This document shows, one piece after another, positions 8,951 through 19,387 of a stretch of 64,000 nt of DNA. Each line of letters opens with the position of its first letter. Position 1 is the stretch's first letter. The notes under the pieces are model-generated. The model had not been told where the DNA came from and did not search any database. It worked only from the letters and a program-made list of their open reading frames with translations. The stretch lies in the NCBI GenBank assembly GCA_041744215.1, contig JBGTLG010000004.1:1-64000 (forward strand). Direction: 5' to 3'. This stretch comes from Fimbriimonadales bacterium. Its GTDB lineage: Bacteria; Armatimonadota; Fimbriimonadia; Fimbriimonadales; ATM1. Made by a program: the position numbers and the translations under genes.

Positions 8951-10108
8951 ATGAAATTCACCACAAAGGCACTCCATTCGGGCTCTCCAGCTGATCCACA
9001 AACCGGAGCAGTCACGTTTCCGATTTATCAGACCTCAACGTATGGTCAGGAAACACCGGGCAAGCCAAACAATTTTCAGGATCGGGAGCTGAACTACGGC
9101 AGAGGAGAAAATCCAACACGAACCGCGCTCGAGCAATCTCTGGCTGCATTAGAAGACGCTAAGTTTGCTCTCGCATTCTCGACGGGATTGGCGGGTGTAG
9201 CCGCGATGATGAACACTCTGAAGGCCGGTGACCACATTGTCGCCTGCCAAGACCTCTATGGCGGATGCTATCGGATGTTCTCGAAGGTCTATTCAAAGTT
9301 AGGTATCGAGTACACGTTTGTCGATGCAACTGATCTTGGGGCAGTGGAGGCAGCTATTCGTGAGAGCACTGTTTTGCTGTGGCTGGAGACGCCTTCCAAT
9401 CCGCTAATCAACGTCACAGACATTGAGAAATCTTCTCAGATTGCGAAACGGGTTGGTGCAAAAGTCTTGGTGGATAACACTTTCGCGACGCCGTACTTGC
9501 AGAACCCGCTTGATTTGGGCGCAGACATTGTTCTTCATTCGACAACAAAGTACATCAATGGACACGCTGACGTTCTGGGTGGCGCGCTCGTTACAAACGA
9601 CGAAGATGTCTATCGGCAACTTAAGTTCATTCAGAATGCTTGCGGGTTCATTCCAGGTCCTCAAGACTGCTTTCTTATATCGCGCGGGCTGAGAACGCTT
9701 GGCTTGCGGATGGATCGGCACTGCGCGAATGCACGCGAGATCGCATCCTGGCTATCAGCTCAAGCGAAAGTCTCGAAGGTGTTTTATCCAGGACTGAGTG
9801 ATCACTCCGGGCATGAACTTGCAAAAAAACAGATGCGTGACTACGGTGCGATGCTATCTTTCGAACTCAAAGGCGGTGTGGAAAAGGCGCAGACGTTCTT
9901 GGAGAGTCTCAATGTCTTTACTTTGGCCGAATCGCTCGGCGCTATCCAGTCTCTTGCGAATCATCCTGCGTCCATGACCCACGCAAGCATGGAGCCTCAC
10001 GTGCGTGAGTCTGTGGGTATAGGTGACGGACTGATCCGGCTTTCTATTGGCATCGAGGAGTCAGAAGACCTGATCGCTGATCTCGAAGGGGCATTGGCGC
10101 AAGTCTGA
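8951..10108 (+). CDS. PLP-dependent transsulfuration enzyme (cystathionine gamma-synthase/lyase, MetB/MetC family)
   Basis: PIYQTSTY, Y.R..NPTR, ETPSNP, DNTFATP, HSTTKYINGH, LAESLG, RLSIGIE. Confidence 0.93.
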   Translation: MKFTTKALHSGSPADPQTGAVTFPIYQTSTYGQETPGKPNNFQDRELNYGRGENPTRTALEQSLAALEDAKFALAFSTGLAGVAAMMNTLKAGDHIVACQDLYGGCYRMFSKVYSKLGIEYTFVDATDLGAVEAAIRESTVLLWLETPSNPLINVTDIEKSSQIAKRVGAKVLVDNTFATPYLQNPLDLGADIVLHSTTKYINGHADVLGGALVTNDEDVYRQLKFIQNACGFIPGPQDCFLISRGLRTLGLRMDRHCANAREIASWLSAQAKVSKVFYPGLSDHSGHELAKKQMRDYGAMLSFELKGGVEKAQTFLESLNVFTLAESLGAIQSLANHPASMTHASMEPHVRESVGIGDGLIRLSIGIEESEDLIADLEGALAQV

Positions 10109-11379
10109 TGGCGAAGACCGTTAGAATTGGTTTGATGGGGCTTGGCACCGTCGGCTCCGGACTCGTGTCCCTGATTCAGAAGAACGCTGAAATGATTGAA
10201 CGTCGGTCGGACGTCCGGCTCGAGATTGTTCGCGCGCTGGTGCAGGATCCCAACAAGATTCGGTCGCTGCCGAGTGAGCAAGTGACACTCAACCCCCGAG
10301 ACTTGTTCGACGATCCAAGCATCGACATCATCGTTGAAGTGATCGGTGGTATCGAGCCAGCGCGCTCTTACCTCTTGGAAGCGCTGAGAGCAAAGAAGAA
10401 CATCGTTACAGCGAACAAAGCTGTTCTTGCGGCGCACGGAGATGAAATCCTTTACCTCGCTGGCGAAAACGAGTGTCAGGTTGGCTTTGAGGCTTCGGTT
10501 TGTGGGGGAATTCCAATCATTCAGGCCCTAAGCAGCGGGCTGATTGCGAATCGTGTCGATGAGCTTGTAGGCATCTTGAACGGCACTAGCAACTACATAC
10601 TGACTCGTATGTCCGAGGATGAAAGCGCCTTTGAAGTGATCATGAACGAAGCGAAGGAAAAGGGGCTGGCGGAAGCGGATCCGACCTTTGATGTAAAGGG
10701 TATCGACGCCGCCCATAAGCTTCTTATCCTGGCGGAGCTGACATTTCAAGTCAAGGCTCAGCTGAACGAAATCACCGTTGAAGGGATCGATAGGATCACT
10801 CCGGAAGATATCAAGACGGCGAACGACTTTGGATTCGTCATTAAGCCGATCGCGATTGCGGTGAGAGAAGGGAACAACATGGACATGAGGGTGCATCCCG
10901 CACTGCTGCCCCGATTGCATCCGCTTGCGTCGGTGCACCATGAGTTCAACGCTGTCCTTGTAAAGGGGGATGCGATTGGCGAGATGATCTTTTATGGGAA
11001 GGGTGCCGGATCGCTCCCGACCGCGAGCGCTGTTCTGTCAGACATTGTTGAGATCGCCCGAAGCGATTACGTCGTCCCAGTGTGGAACCCACAAAAGAGT
11101 ATCAAGTTTGCTCCCGTTTCCTCAAAATCACGATACTACTTGCGTTTTCCAATCCTCGATAAACCTGGCATGATTGGGCGGATCGCAACTGCGCTTGGCG
11201 ATCACGGAATCTCGATAACTCACGCAATGGCTCTGCTCGTCTGCAATGAGACGAATCGTGGAAACGTGATGATCGTTACCCACGCTGCACGCGAGCAAGA
11301 CATACGTCAAGCGCTTGACGAAATCGAGCGTTCCGGCGCGCTCAACGAGCCGCCCCTTGCCATACGGATGCTGGAATAG
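10108..11379 (+). CDS. hom: Homoserine dehydrogenase with C-terminal ACT domain
   Basis: GLGTVG, VTANK, FEASVCGGIPI, GILNGTSNYIL, EADPTFDV.G.DAAHK, GAGSLPTASAV, DKPG. Confidence 0.95.
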   Translation: MAKTVRIGLMGLGTVGSGLVSLIQKNAEMIERRSDVRLEIVRALVQDPNKIRSLPSEQVTLNPRDLFDDPSIDIIVEVIGGIEPARSYLLEALRAKKNIVTANKAVLAAHGDEILYLAGENECQVGFEASVCGGIPIIQALSSGLIANRVDELVGILNGTSNYILTRMSEDESAFEVIMNEAKEKGLAEADPTFDVKGIDAAHKLLILAELTFQVKAQLNEITVEGIDRITPEDIKTANDFGFVIKPIAIAVREGNNMDMRVHPALLPRLHPLASVHHEFNAVLVKGDAIGEMIFYGKGAGSLPTASAVLSDIVEIARSDYVVPVWNPQKSIKFAPVSSKSRYYLRFPILDKPGMIGRIATALGDHGISITHAMALLVCNETNRGNVMIVTHAAREQDIRQALDEIERSGALNEPPLAIRMLE

Positions 11380-12870
11380 TCACTCGTTCTCAATGGGGCG
11401 CATCGTCGGAAAGAGGATGACGTCTCGAATGCTCTCTGCGCCTGAAAAAATCATTGCCAAGCGATCCATTCCGATGCCGAGTCCACCCGTTGGGGGCATT
11501 CCGCACTCAAGGGCATAGATGAAGTCTTCGTCGAGCGGCATCGCCTCGTGATCACCTTCAGCGAGCATCTTTTGTTGGCGCTCCATGCGCTCACGCTGAT
11601 CGAGCGGGTCATTCAATTCGCTGAACGCGTTGCACAGTTCTCTTCCAAGGACGTACCCTTCGAAGCGTCTTGTAAGGATTGGGTTTGCTGGATGCTTCTT
11701 CGCGAGCGGTGAGGTTTCAAGCGGGTAGTTCTCGACAAATGTTGGCTGTACGAGTGTTGGCTCAACAAACTTTTCGAGCAGCTTCTCAATGATTCCGCCG
11801 ACCGCCGTCTCTTCTTCGGAATAGAGACCCAGGCGGTCCATTGCCTTCTTCGCGGAAGCCAAGTCCGTCAGTTCGTCGGGCGCAACGCCGGCGTGCTTCT
11901 GGATTTCCGTTAGCAAATCGACGCGTGCCCACGGCTTGGAGAAGTCGAGCGTAACTCCACTTACTTGAAACACGGCGGAGCCATACACCTCGTGAGCGAC
12001 ATATCGGCACAATTCTTCTACAAGTGACTCGATGTCCTCCATCTTCACCCAGGCTTGATACAACTCGAGCAGCGTAAACTCTGGGTTGTGTCGTGTGCTG
12101 ACTCCCTCATTCCGAAACACTCGGCCGATCTCGTAAACCTTGTCGATGCCACCGACAACCAACCGCTTTAGGTGCAACTCAAGAGAGATGCGAAGCTTCA
12201 GCTCAAGATCGAGAGCGTTGTGGTAAGTGATAAATGGCCTTGCGGCGGCACCTCCGGCCTCTATCTCGAGGATTGGAGTTTCGACTTCGATAAAGCCTCG
12301 ATCATCTAAGAATCTACGTGTCGCAGAAACAGCTCGCGATCGCGCGAGCAAGACTTCACGACTTTCTTGATTGGCCAACAGGTCGAGGTACCGCTTCCGG
12401 TATCGTTCCTCGACATCTGTGAGGCCATACCACTGATGGCCGTCCTTCTCTTTTCCAATCGGCAGTGCGTGTAGGCACTTCGCGAGCACTTTCAAGTCGC
12501 GCGCGTGGATGCTAATTTCTTCTGTGCGCGTCTTGAATACCTCGCCGGACACGCCGACGATATCGCCAAGATCTACAAGACCGAAGATCTCCCAGAGCAA
12601 GTCACCGACGTCATCGCGCTTCACATAAACCTGAATCCGCTGTGCCTCGCGGGTTATGTCGAAGAACGCTGCCTTACCCATCTGTCTCAGGGCACTCACT
12701 CTGCCTGCCAGAGAGGCGGTCTTTCCCTCGAGCGAATCGTAGTTTGCCCTTATCTCATCGGGCAGGTGCGATTGAGGGTGCTCCTCGAAGGCGTAAGGAT
12801 CGTGACCAAGTTCGCGGAGTTGTTCGAGTTTGGATATTCTGAGGGATCGGACGTCGCCGTCGACCTTCAT
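11380..12870 (-). CDS. lysS: Lysine--tRNA ligase (class II)
   Basis: RYLDL, EVETP, GGAAARPF, LRIS.ELHLKRL, FRNEG, HNPEFT, GMPPTGGLGIG.DRL. Confidence 0.97.
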   Translation of the reverse strand: MKVDGDVRSLRISKLEQLRELGHDPYAFEEHPQSHLPDEIRANYDSLEGKTASLAGRVSALRQMGKAAFFDITREAQRIQVYVKRDDVGDLLWEIFGLVDLGDIVGVSGEVFKTRTEEISIHARDLKVLAKCLHALPIGKEKDGHQWYGLTDVEERYRKRYLDLLANQESREVLLARSRAVSATRRFLDDRGFIEVETPILEIEAGGAAARPFITYHNALDLELKLRISLELHLKRLVVGGIDKVYEIGRVFRNEGVSTRHNPEFTLLELYQAWVKMEDIESLVEELCRYVAHEVYGSAVFQVSGVTLDFSKPWARVDLLTEIQKHAGVAPDELTDLASAKKAMDRLGLYSEEETAVGGIIEKLLEKFVEPTLVQPTFVENYPLETSPLAKKHPANPILTRRFEGYVLGRELCNAFSELNDPLDQRERMERQQKMLAEGDHEAMPLDEDFIYALECGMPPTGGLGIGMDRLAMIFSGAESIRDVILFPTMRPIENE

Positions 12871-13364
12871 TTGCTGACCTTGCCGACTTTCTTAATTTCG
12901 TACACGATCCGGCCTAGCGGCGCGTCGACGCTTACCTTGTCGCCCTTGGCCTTGCCCATGATCGCGATTCCCAAGGGGGACTCATCGGACACGCAATTCA
13001 GTTCCGGGTCTGCCTCGGCGCTCGAGACCAGGGTGACCGTCATTGTCTGCTTGGCGTTCTTGGTGTTCGTCAAAGTGATGACGGAGCCAATCCCGATGGA
13101 CTTGGTAGAGATTGTGGTGGGGTCGAGCACTTGCGCGCCCGCTAGGACCGCCTGGAGTTCAGCGATTCGGTCTTCCACGAGCGACTGCTCGAATTTGATC
13201 TCGTCAAGTTCGGTGTTGTCCTCGCCGTATTCACCGTGCTCCATGTTCTCACGGATGCGCTCGGCGATTTCCGGCCGTTCAACTTTTGAAAGCCGTTCGA
13301 GTTCCTCTTTCAGGCGCTGCATGCCAGAGGGAGTAAGCCAAATAGTATCGTCGGCGTCTGCCAT
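12867..13364 (-). CDS. greA: Transcription elongation factor GreA
   Basis: LT..G...L.EEL..L...RP, S.ESPLG.A..GK..GD.V.V.AP.G; upstream of lysS. Confidence 0.9.
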   Translation of the reverse strand: MADADDTIWLTPSGMQRLKEELERLSKVERPEIAERIRENMEHGEYGEDNTELDEIKFEQSLVEDRIAELQAVLAGAQVLDPTTISTKSIGIGSVITLTNTKNAKQTMTVTLVSSAEADPELNCVSDESPLGIAIMGKAKGDKVSVDAPLGRIVYEIKKVGKVSK

Positions 13365-13553
13365 AGGGTGCTCCTAATCGGGGAACCAGATGCCTTGGTC
13401 TCCCCTTCAGGGGCGCGATTATAGCCGAACCGGACGCCATTTCGTTGGCACGCGCCATCCCTCCGAGGCCGTTGGCGCGGGTTTGGGCGGGAAGACCTGC
13501 AGAAATGAGCGGACACGCCGACCATCCAACTGTGCCGAGCTAGGCTTTGGCGC

Positions 13554-13592
13554 CGGAAGCAAGGATAGCCTCCGATTCACGACCAGGGACGG
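13554..13592 (+). promoter_or_regulatory. Tandem ANGGA sites in the flgB leader (CsrA-like)
   Basis: AAGGA (13561) in the loop of CGGAAGC/GCCTCCG and AGGGA at 13585. Confidence 0.35.
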
Positions 13593-13614
13593 CGACCCAC
13601 ATCAGGGCCGACGT

Positions 13615-14031
13615 TTGGAAATACTAAAGGGACTCTTTGGACCGCACGCAGATCGACTTCAGTCGTCGCTTGGCCGCGCCAGCCGCCGCCACCACGCACT
13701 GTTGGGCAATCTGGCAAATGTCAGTACGCCCGGTTTCAAGCGCCGCGACGTCGACTTCAACCTCTCATTAAAGGAGGCTGGCGTCGATGGCAGGACTCAG
13801 TTGCGCACGACACATCCAGACCACATTTCAAGTGCCCGTCCAAGCCGCGGCAGTCCCGGCAATGATCGTCTTGATACGGATGAACGATCGATTCGTCAGG
13901 ACGGCAGCAGCGTCGACCTCGAGACGGAGATCGCGGCTCTCACAGAAACATCTTTGCGCTACAGCGCGCTTACGATGCTCACGCGTCGCTATTTCCAAGG
14001 TCTCAAAGACGTCATCAAGGAAGGTAGATAA
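13615..14031 (+). CDS. flgB: Flagellar basal-body rod protein FlgB
   Basis: NLANVSTPGFKRRDV.F, R.DG.SVDLE.E; first gene of the operon. TTG start is approximate. Confidence 0.9.
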   Translation: MEILKGLFGPHADRLQSSLGRASRRHHALLGNLANVSTPGFKRRDVDFNLSLKEAGVDGRTQLRTTHPDHISSARPSRGSPGNDRLDTDERSIRQDGSSVDLETEIAALTETSLRYSALTMLTRRYFQGLKDVIKEGR

Positions 14032-14033
14032 GT

Positions 14034-14426
14034 ATGAGCCTTACTTCCTCATTTCGAGTTAGCGCAGGCGGGCTCAGCGCTGAGCGCTACAGAATGGACG
14101 TGATTTCGTCCAACCTCGCGAATGCAAATACAACCCGTGTGAACGGTCAAGACCCTTATCGCAGAAAGATGGTTGTTCTCATGCCGGAAGCGGACGGGGG
14201 AGTTCGCATTCAGAACACCGTTGCGGACGTGACTCCATTTCGGGAAGTCAATGATCCCGGAAATCCGTTTGCTGATGCGCGCGGGATCGTGATCTACAGC
14301 AATGTTGATCCGATCACTGAAATGGTCGATATGATCAGTGCGAGCCGCGCATACGAAGCGAATCTCAATGCGTTTCAGTTGACGCGACAAATGATTCAAA
14401 GCGCGATCGATATAGGACGAGTCTAG
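14034..14426 (+). CDS. flgC: Flagellar basal-body rod protein FlgC
   Basis: NLANANTT, PYRRK, NV....EMVDMISASRAYEAN. Confidence 0.95.
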   Translation: MSLTSSFRVSAGGLSAERYRMDVISSNLANANTTRVNGQDPYRRKMVVLMPEADGGVRIQNTVADVTPFREVNDPGNPFADARGIVIYSNVDPITEMVDMISASRAYEANLNAFQLTRQMIQSAIDIGRV

Positions 14427-14434
14427 TTCTGAAT

Positions 14435-14728
14435 ATGCGCATCAACAACATCACCTCGCTCCAGCCAGAATCCCTGGTCTCGAAGCCCGCGCAACAACGC
14501 GGTAGCGGCGATAACTTTGGGAATCTCCTGACGGACGCCTTGAAAGAGGTCAACGCATCGCAGCTAAGCGCTCGCGATATGCAGACTAACTTCATGGCGG
14601 GTCGGAACGTCGAACTGCACGACTTGCAGATCGCACTGGAGCGCGCCTCGGTAGCAATGCAATTGACCATGCAAGTGAGAAACAAACTGCTCGAGGCGTA
14701 TCAAGAAATCCAGCGAATGCAGATCTAG
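14435..14728 (+). CDS. fliE: Flagellar hook-basal body protein FliE
   Basis: QVRNKLLEAYQEI.RMQI. Confidence 0.95.
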   Translation: MRINNITSLQPESLVSKPAQQRGSGDNFGNLLTDALKEVNASQLSARDMQTNFMAGRNVELHDLQIALERASVAMQLTMQVRNKLLEAYQEIQRMQI

Positions 14729-14768
14729 TGTGAGAGTTCGCGATCCGGCCCAATTGGGATGATTCAAT

Positions 14769-16421
14769 ATGGGCGGAGCGCTTCTAAAAATCAGAACTTG
14801 GTGGGAAACTGCCGACAAAACAACGCGAACGGTAACGCTCGTCGGTACCGGGCTTTTGACGGCTTTGCTTGCAATCGTTTTCTACGCATCGAGTTCTCCC
14901 GACTTCAAGCAACTTTTCCCGCCAATGGACGTGGCGGAGCAAGGAAAAGTGATCCAGAAGCTTCAAGAGCTGAAGGTCCCTTACAAGCAAGAACAAGACG
15001 GCAGCATTCTTGTGCCGTCGCATCAGATAGCTGAAACGAGGGCGAAGCTTGCGATGTCGGGACTTCCATCTTCCACTGCGCTGGGGAATACGCGCCTTGG
15101 CAGCGTTTCGTTTACGACGCCGGCAGCGTTGCAAGATCAGGAGATTCGCGTCGCTTTAGAGGAAGAGCTGCAAAAGACCTTGGTGAGCATGGAACCCATC
15201 CTCGGCGCAAAGGTCCACATCGCACCCGGTGAAGACTCACCATTTGCCACGGCGAATCGAGAGACGAGCGCGAGCGTCGTGGTTCAAATGCGAGGCGGGT
15301 TGGTCGCAGAGCGCGATGTTGCGGATGCTGTAGTCAGGACGCTTGTAGGCGGAGTTCAGGGCCTTCGACCCGAGAACGTGTCGGTCAGCGACACGCGTGG
15401 GTTGGTTATCTGGGATGGCAGTTCAGATGGAGCAGGCGCAGGGAGCGCGCTCGCTTCGAAGAAGAGGGACGCCGAGTTGCAGGAGGCGGCGAGAATTCGC
15501 ACTGAAGTCGAGACGATGATCGCGAAGTCGGTTGGGCCAGGCAAGGCGATTGTCAGCGCACAAGTAGAACTCAACTTTGATAGGGAGGACGTGTCGACTG
15601 TAACCGAGACTCCAAGCAAGAATCCAGTTTCCAGCGAGAAGATTACGGAGACTTACAACAATGCAGGGGGGGCGGCACCGGGAGGTATTGCGTCTTCCGC
15701 TGCTCCTGCTGCAGCAGGGGTGGGTGGTGCGCCAACCGGACCTGGATATCAATCGACTCAAGAGGTCGCGAATTTTCCAACCGAACGGATGAGCAGCGTT
15801 AAGAGCGTTGCGCCGGGTAAGCGGCTTGGTGCGAGAGTGAGCATCATGCTCGATGAGAGTGTTGCTGCTTCAAAGGGACAGATCGAGCAATTCGTCACAA
15901 ACTACCTTGGTGCCGACACCGATCCCGAGAGATTTAAGGTCGCGGTACAGACAGTTCCTTTCGATACAACATTTGCGACAGAGGCTCAACAGCAGATTGC
16001 TGCACAGAAGTCGAGTCAGTTGATGCAGCAGATCATTTCGCTGATTCCTGTCGTCGCGCTGCTGATCGTCGGATTCCTGGTGATCCGATCTATCGGGAAA
16101 GCGGCCATCTCGAACCGCACGATGGTGTTGACGGCAGGATCGTTTGGCGCGGGCAGTACAGCTGCAATTGGAGGGCGAGTTGGGGGCGGTGCGCCTGCAG
16201 CAGAAGCGATCGCCTTGCCTCAGAACACCGATACGATGGAAAGCCTTGGCGGGGCGGCTCGTGCTCGAGCAGAAATGATCAAGCAGTCGTTGCAGCCTGA
16301 GGTGGAGGATATTCCCGAGAAGTTCGACGCCAGCCTCGTTCAGATACTGAGAATGTCGGACTCGAAACCTGAGGCCGTTGCAATGCTCATCAAGAGCTGG
16401 CTGTTGGAGGAAACAAGATAA
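14769..16421 (+). CDS. fliF: Flagellar M-ring protein FliF
   Basis: Two TM helices, ALEEEL, AKVHI, SASVVV, C-terminal PE.VA..IKSWL; synteny. Confidence 0.92.
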   Translation: MGGALLKIRTWWETADKTTRTVTLVGTGLLTALLAIVFYASSSPDFKQLFPPMDVAEQGKVIQKLQELKVPYKQEQDGSILVPSHQIAETRAKLAMSGLPSSTALGNTRLGSVSFTTPAALQDQEIRVALEEELQKTLVSMEPILGAKVHIAPGEDSPFATANRETSASVVVQMRGGLVAERDVADAVVRTLVGGVQGLRPENVSVSDTRGLVIWDGSSDGAGAGSALASKKRDAELQEAARIRTEVETMIAKSVGPGKAIVSAQVELNFDREDVSTVTETPSKNPVSSEKITETYNNAGGAAPGGIASSAAPAAAGVGGAPTGPGYQSTQEVANFPTERMSSVKSVAPGKRLGARVSIMLDESVAASKGQIEQFVTNYLGADTDPERFKVAVQTVPFDTTFATEAQQQIAAQKSSQLMQQIISLIPVVALLIVGFLVIRSIGKAAISNRTMVLTAGSFGAGSTAAIGGRVGGGAPAAEAIALPQNTDTMESLGGAARARAEMIKQSLQPEVEDIPEKFDASLVQILRMSDSKPEAVAMLIKSWLLEETR

Positions 16422-17434
16422 TGCGTGGTGACCCGAGGGCGATTCCCAATCGGAAGAAGGCCGCAGTAATGATGATGGTTCTTGGCGCAGAGCTAAGCGG
16501 CAAAGTCATGCAGTTTCTCGAGAACGAGCATGTTGAAGCTCTGACTTTGGAGATTGCGCGGCTCGACAGAGTGACACCGGAGATTCGGAACAAGGTTCTT
16601 GAGGAGTTTCACCAGATGGCGGTCGCTCAAGATTTCATAGCCGAGGGTGGCGTCGTTCATGCGAAGAAGATGCTCGAGAACGCTTTTGGCCAAGATCGTG
16701 CAGGTGAGATGATCAATTGGATCACGCAAACTCTGCAAGGTGTCCCCTTCGACTTTTTGCGTCGCGCTGATCCCGCGCAGTTAGCACAATTTCTATCCGA
16801 CGAGCATCCACAGACAATTGCTCTGATACTCGCGTACATACCGACACCACTTGCCGCGCAAGCACTGGCGCGGTTCCCCGCAGAGATCCGAGCGGATGTC
16901 GCTGAGCGCGTCGCTATGATGGATCGAACGCCACCGGAAGTTATCCGACAAGTCGAAATCGTTTTGCAGAGAAAGTTCAACGCTATCGGGCAGGCCAACC
17001 TGACCAGCGCAGGCGGTCCCCGCGCACTTGTCGACATCATGCACCACGTCGACCGTGCAACCGAACGCGGCATTCTCGAAGGCTTGACGAGCAAGAACCC
17101 TGATCTCGCAGAAGAGATCATGAACATGATGTTTGTGTTTGAAGACATTATCCAATTGGATGACCGCGCTGTCCAACAGATCTTGCGAGAAGTTGAGATG
17201 AAGGAGCTAGCGCTTGCGCTAAAGGGGACCGGCGAAGAGGTTCAACAGAAGGTGTATTCAAACATGTCGGAGCGAGCCGCGGAGATGGTCAAAGAAGACA
17301 TGGACTTTATGGGCCCCGTCAAGCTAAAGAATGTTGAAGACGCTCAGCAGAAAATTGTTTCTGTGATCAGGCGCTTAGAAGAAGCAGGCGAGATCAGTAT
17401 TGGCCGCGGAGGCGAGGAGGAAATGCTTGTCTAA
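16421..17434 (+). CDS. fliG: Flagellar motor switch protein FliG
   Basis: KAA, GG linker, EHPQTIALIL, MFVFED, NMS.RA, MGPV.L..VE.AQ. Confidence 0.96.
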   Translation: MRGDPRAIPNRKKAAVMMMVLGAELSGKVMQFLENEHVEALTLEIARLDRVTPEIRNKVLEEFHQMAVAQDFIAEGGVVHAKKMLENAFGQDRAGEMINWITQTLQGVPFDFLRRADPAQLAQFLSDEHPQTIALILAYIPTPLAAQALARFPAEIRADVAERVAMMDRTPPEVIRQVEIVLQRKFNAIGQANLTSAGGPRALVDIMHHVDRATERGILEGLTSKNPDLAEEIMNMMFVFEDIIQLDDRAVQQILREVEMKELALALKGTGEEVQQKVYSNMSERAAEMVKEDMDFMGPVKLKNVEDAQQKIVSVIRRLEEAGEISIGRGGEEEMLV

Positions 17435-18068
17435 GCGACATTCCTTCGATGTTTCCTCTGCCGAAAGCCTGGCTGATAGGCTCCCAGACGTGGGTCGAGG
17501 CGCGGCGTTTCCGATTGGAATTGGGAACCCGGCACTGCTCGATCCTTCTTCAGCGGTTCGTGAGCAGGCTTCTCAGATCGGCTTTGCTGCGGGCTACGAA
17601 GCAGGTTTTCGGCAGGGAATCGAAGATGCTCGTGAAAAAGAAGCGGAGTCGCTTGAGTCTTTTCGACGCGAACTTGCAGCTCTCGTCGACAGGATTGAGA
17701 AGTCGATGTCACTCTGGTACGAGAAGGCGGAGCATGGGCTTGCGGAACTATCTCTCGAGATTGCGCGACGAATCATCGGAGATGCCGTCTCAATGGATCC
17801 GGCTGCTGTTTTGCATGTAGTTAGGAACGCAATGGCTCGAGTGGAAATGGCAAACAAAGCAGTCATTCGCGTAAATGCACTAGATCTTCCAATGCTCGAA
17901 GAAAAGTATGCGGAGGTCGTTGCATCGGCTCGGTCAGTCAACGAAGTGCAGTTTGTTGGCGATGATTCTCTATCGCGTGGATCCGTAATCATCGAAACCG
18001 AGGAAGGGGTTGTCGATGCGAGCGTTGAGTCACAGGCGCTCAGACTCTTCCGGGGAGAGGCGGCGTGA
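17427..18068 (+). CDS. fliH: Flagellar assembly protein FliH
   Basis: GxxxG repeats (GFAAGYEAGFRQG), IRVN..D, G..IIET..G.VDA; lies between fliG and fliI. Confidence 0.88.
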   Translation: MSKRHSFDVSSAESLADRLPDVGRGAAFPIGIGNPALLDPSSAVREQASQIGFAAGYEAGFRQGIEDAREKEAESLESFRRELAALVDRIEKSMSLWYEKAEHGLAELSLEIARRIIGDAVSMDPAAVLHVVRNAMARVEMANKAVIRVNALDLPMLEEKYAEVVASARSVNEVQFVGDDSLSRGSVIIETEEGVVDASVESQALRLFRGEAA

Positions 18069-19387
18069 TTCGTGTTCCAGCAGCGGAGTTTGCAGAGGAT
18101 CGCATGCGCGTTGCGAGCAGCGATTCTATCGCGGTGTTTGGTCGGGTGAGGCAAGTTGTCGGTCTGGTGATCGAATCGAGTGGACCTGGCGCGAAAGTGG
18201 GAGATATCTGCGAAATTATCGGAGACGCACGGGTTCCCGTGTCCGCCGAAGTCGTCGGATTCAGAGGCCCAAACTTGCTGCTCATGCCATTTGGAGAAAT
18301 GAACGGAGTCCGCGTTGGCAGTATCGTGCGACCAGCGGGCGGTACACACCGAGTTCCGCTCGGGCGGGAGTTGCTTGGCCGGGTACTCAACGCGCTAGGC
18401 GAACCAATCGATGGACTGGGTTCTGTGTCGTGTGCAGATTCGCAGCCGGTGCACAACATCCCGCCTAATCCAATGCAGCGAAAGATGATCACTGAGCCGC
18501 TGCCATTGGGCGTCCGCGCAATCGACGCTCTCCTGACGACAGGTGTTGGTCAGCGCATCGGGATCTTCGCGGGATCTGGGGTAGGAAAGAGCACACTTCT
18601 TGGCATGATCGCCAGGAATGCCGTGGCTGACATCAACGTAATCGCACTCGTTGGTGAGCGCGGCCGGGAAGTCAGAGAGTTTATCGAGCGTGATCTCGGA
18701 GAAGAAGGCCTTGCGCGAAGCGTTGTTGTCGTCTCAACCAGCGATGAATCTGCGTTGATGCGAATCAAAGCAGCGTTTACTGCAACCGCGATCGCAGAGG
18801 GCTTCCGTGATCAAGGGGCCAGCGTGCTATTGATGATGGACAGCGTGACGCGCTTCGCAATGGCGCAGCGCGAGGTCGGGCTCGCGATCGGCGAGCCGCC
18901 AAGCACCAAGGGGTACACGCCGAGCGTTTTCGCTTTGTTGCCAAGGCTGATGGAGCGTGCGGGGAACTCAGATGTTGGTTCCATTACCGCGCTTTACACG
19001 GTGCTTGTTGAGGGCGACGACACGAACGAGCCCATTGCAGATACAGCGCGCTCGATTTTGGATGGACACATCGTTCTCAGCCGAAAACTTGCGCAGTCGG
19101 GCCACTATCCGGCCATTGACGTGCTCGCAAGCCTGAGTCGGGTGATGCCTATGATCGTTGACGAGGAGCAAGTCAACAATGCGAACCGAATCCGTGAGCT
19201 GATATCTGCATACAGAGATGTTGAAGACCTGGTGTCCATCGGAGCTTACAAAGAAGGCACCAAGCCAATCGCTGACACGGCTATAAGAATGTGGGGGGCC
19301 GTTAACGAGTTCTTGCGGCAAAAGGTCGACGACGGCGGATCACTGTCTGACGCAGTGACATCGCTGAAGGAAATCGCCCATGCGTAG
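18065..19387 (+). CDS. fliI: Flagellar export ATPase FliI
   Basis: GIFAGSGVGKS, GERGREV, MDSVTRFAMAQRE, DGHIVLSR, YPAID. Confidence 0.96.
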   Translation: MIRVPAAEFAEDRMRVASSDSIAVFGRVRQVVGLVIESSGPGAKVGDICEIIGDARVPVSAEVVGFRGPNLLLMPFGEMNGVRVGSIVRPAGGTHRVPLGRELLGRVLNALGEPIDGLGSVSCADSQPVHNIPPNPMQRKMITEPLPLGVRAIDALLTTGVGQRIGIFAGSGVGKSTLLGMIARNAVADINVIALVGERGREVREFIERDLGEEGLARSVVVVSTSDESALMRIKAAFTATAIAEGFRDQGASVLLMMDSVTRFAMAQREVGLAIGEPPSTKGYTPSVFALLPRLMERAGNSDVGSITALYTVLVEGDDTNEPIADTARSILDGHIVLSRKLAQSGHYPAIDVLASLSRVMPMIVDEEQVNNANRIRELISAYRDVEDLVSIGAYKEGTKPIADTAIRMWGAVNEFLRQKVDDGGSLSDAVTSLKEIAHA

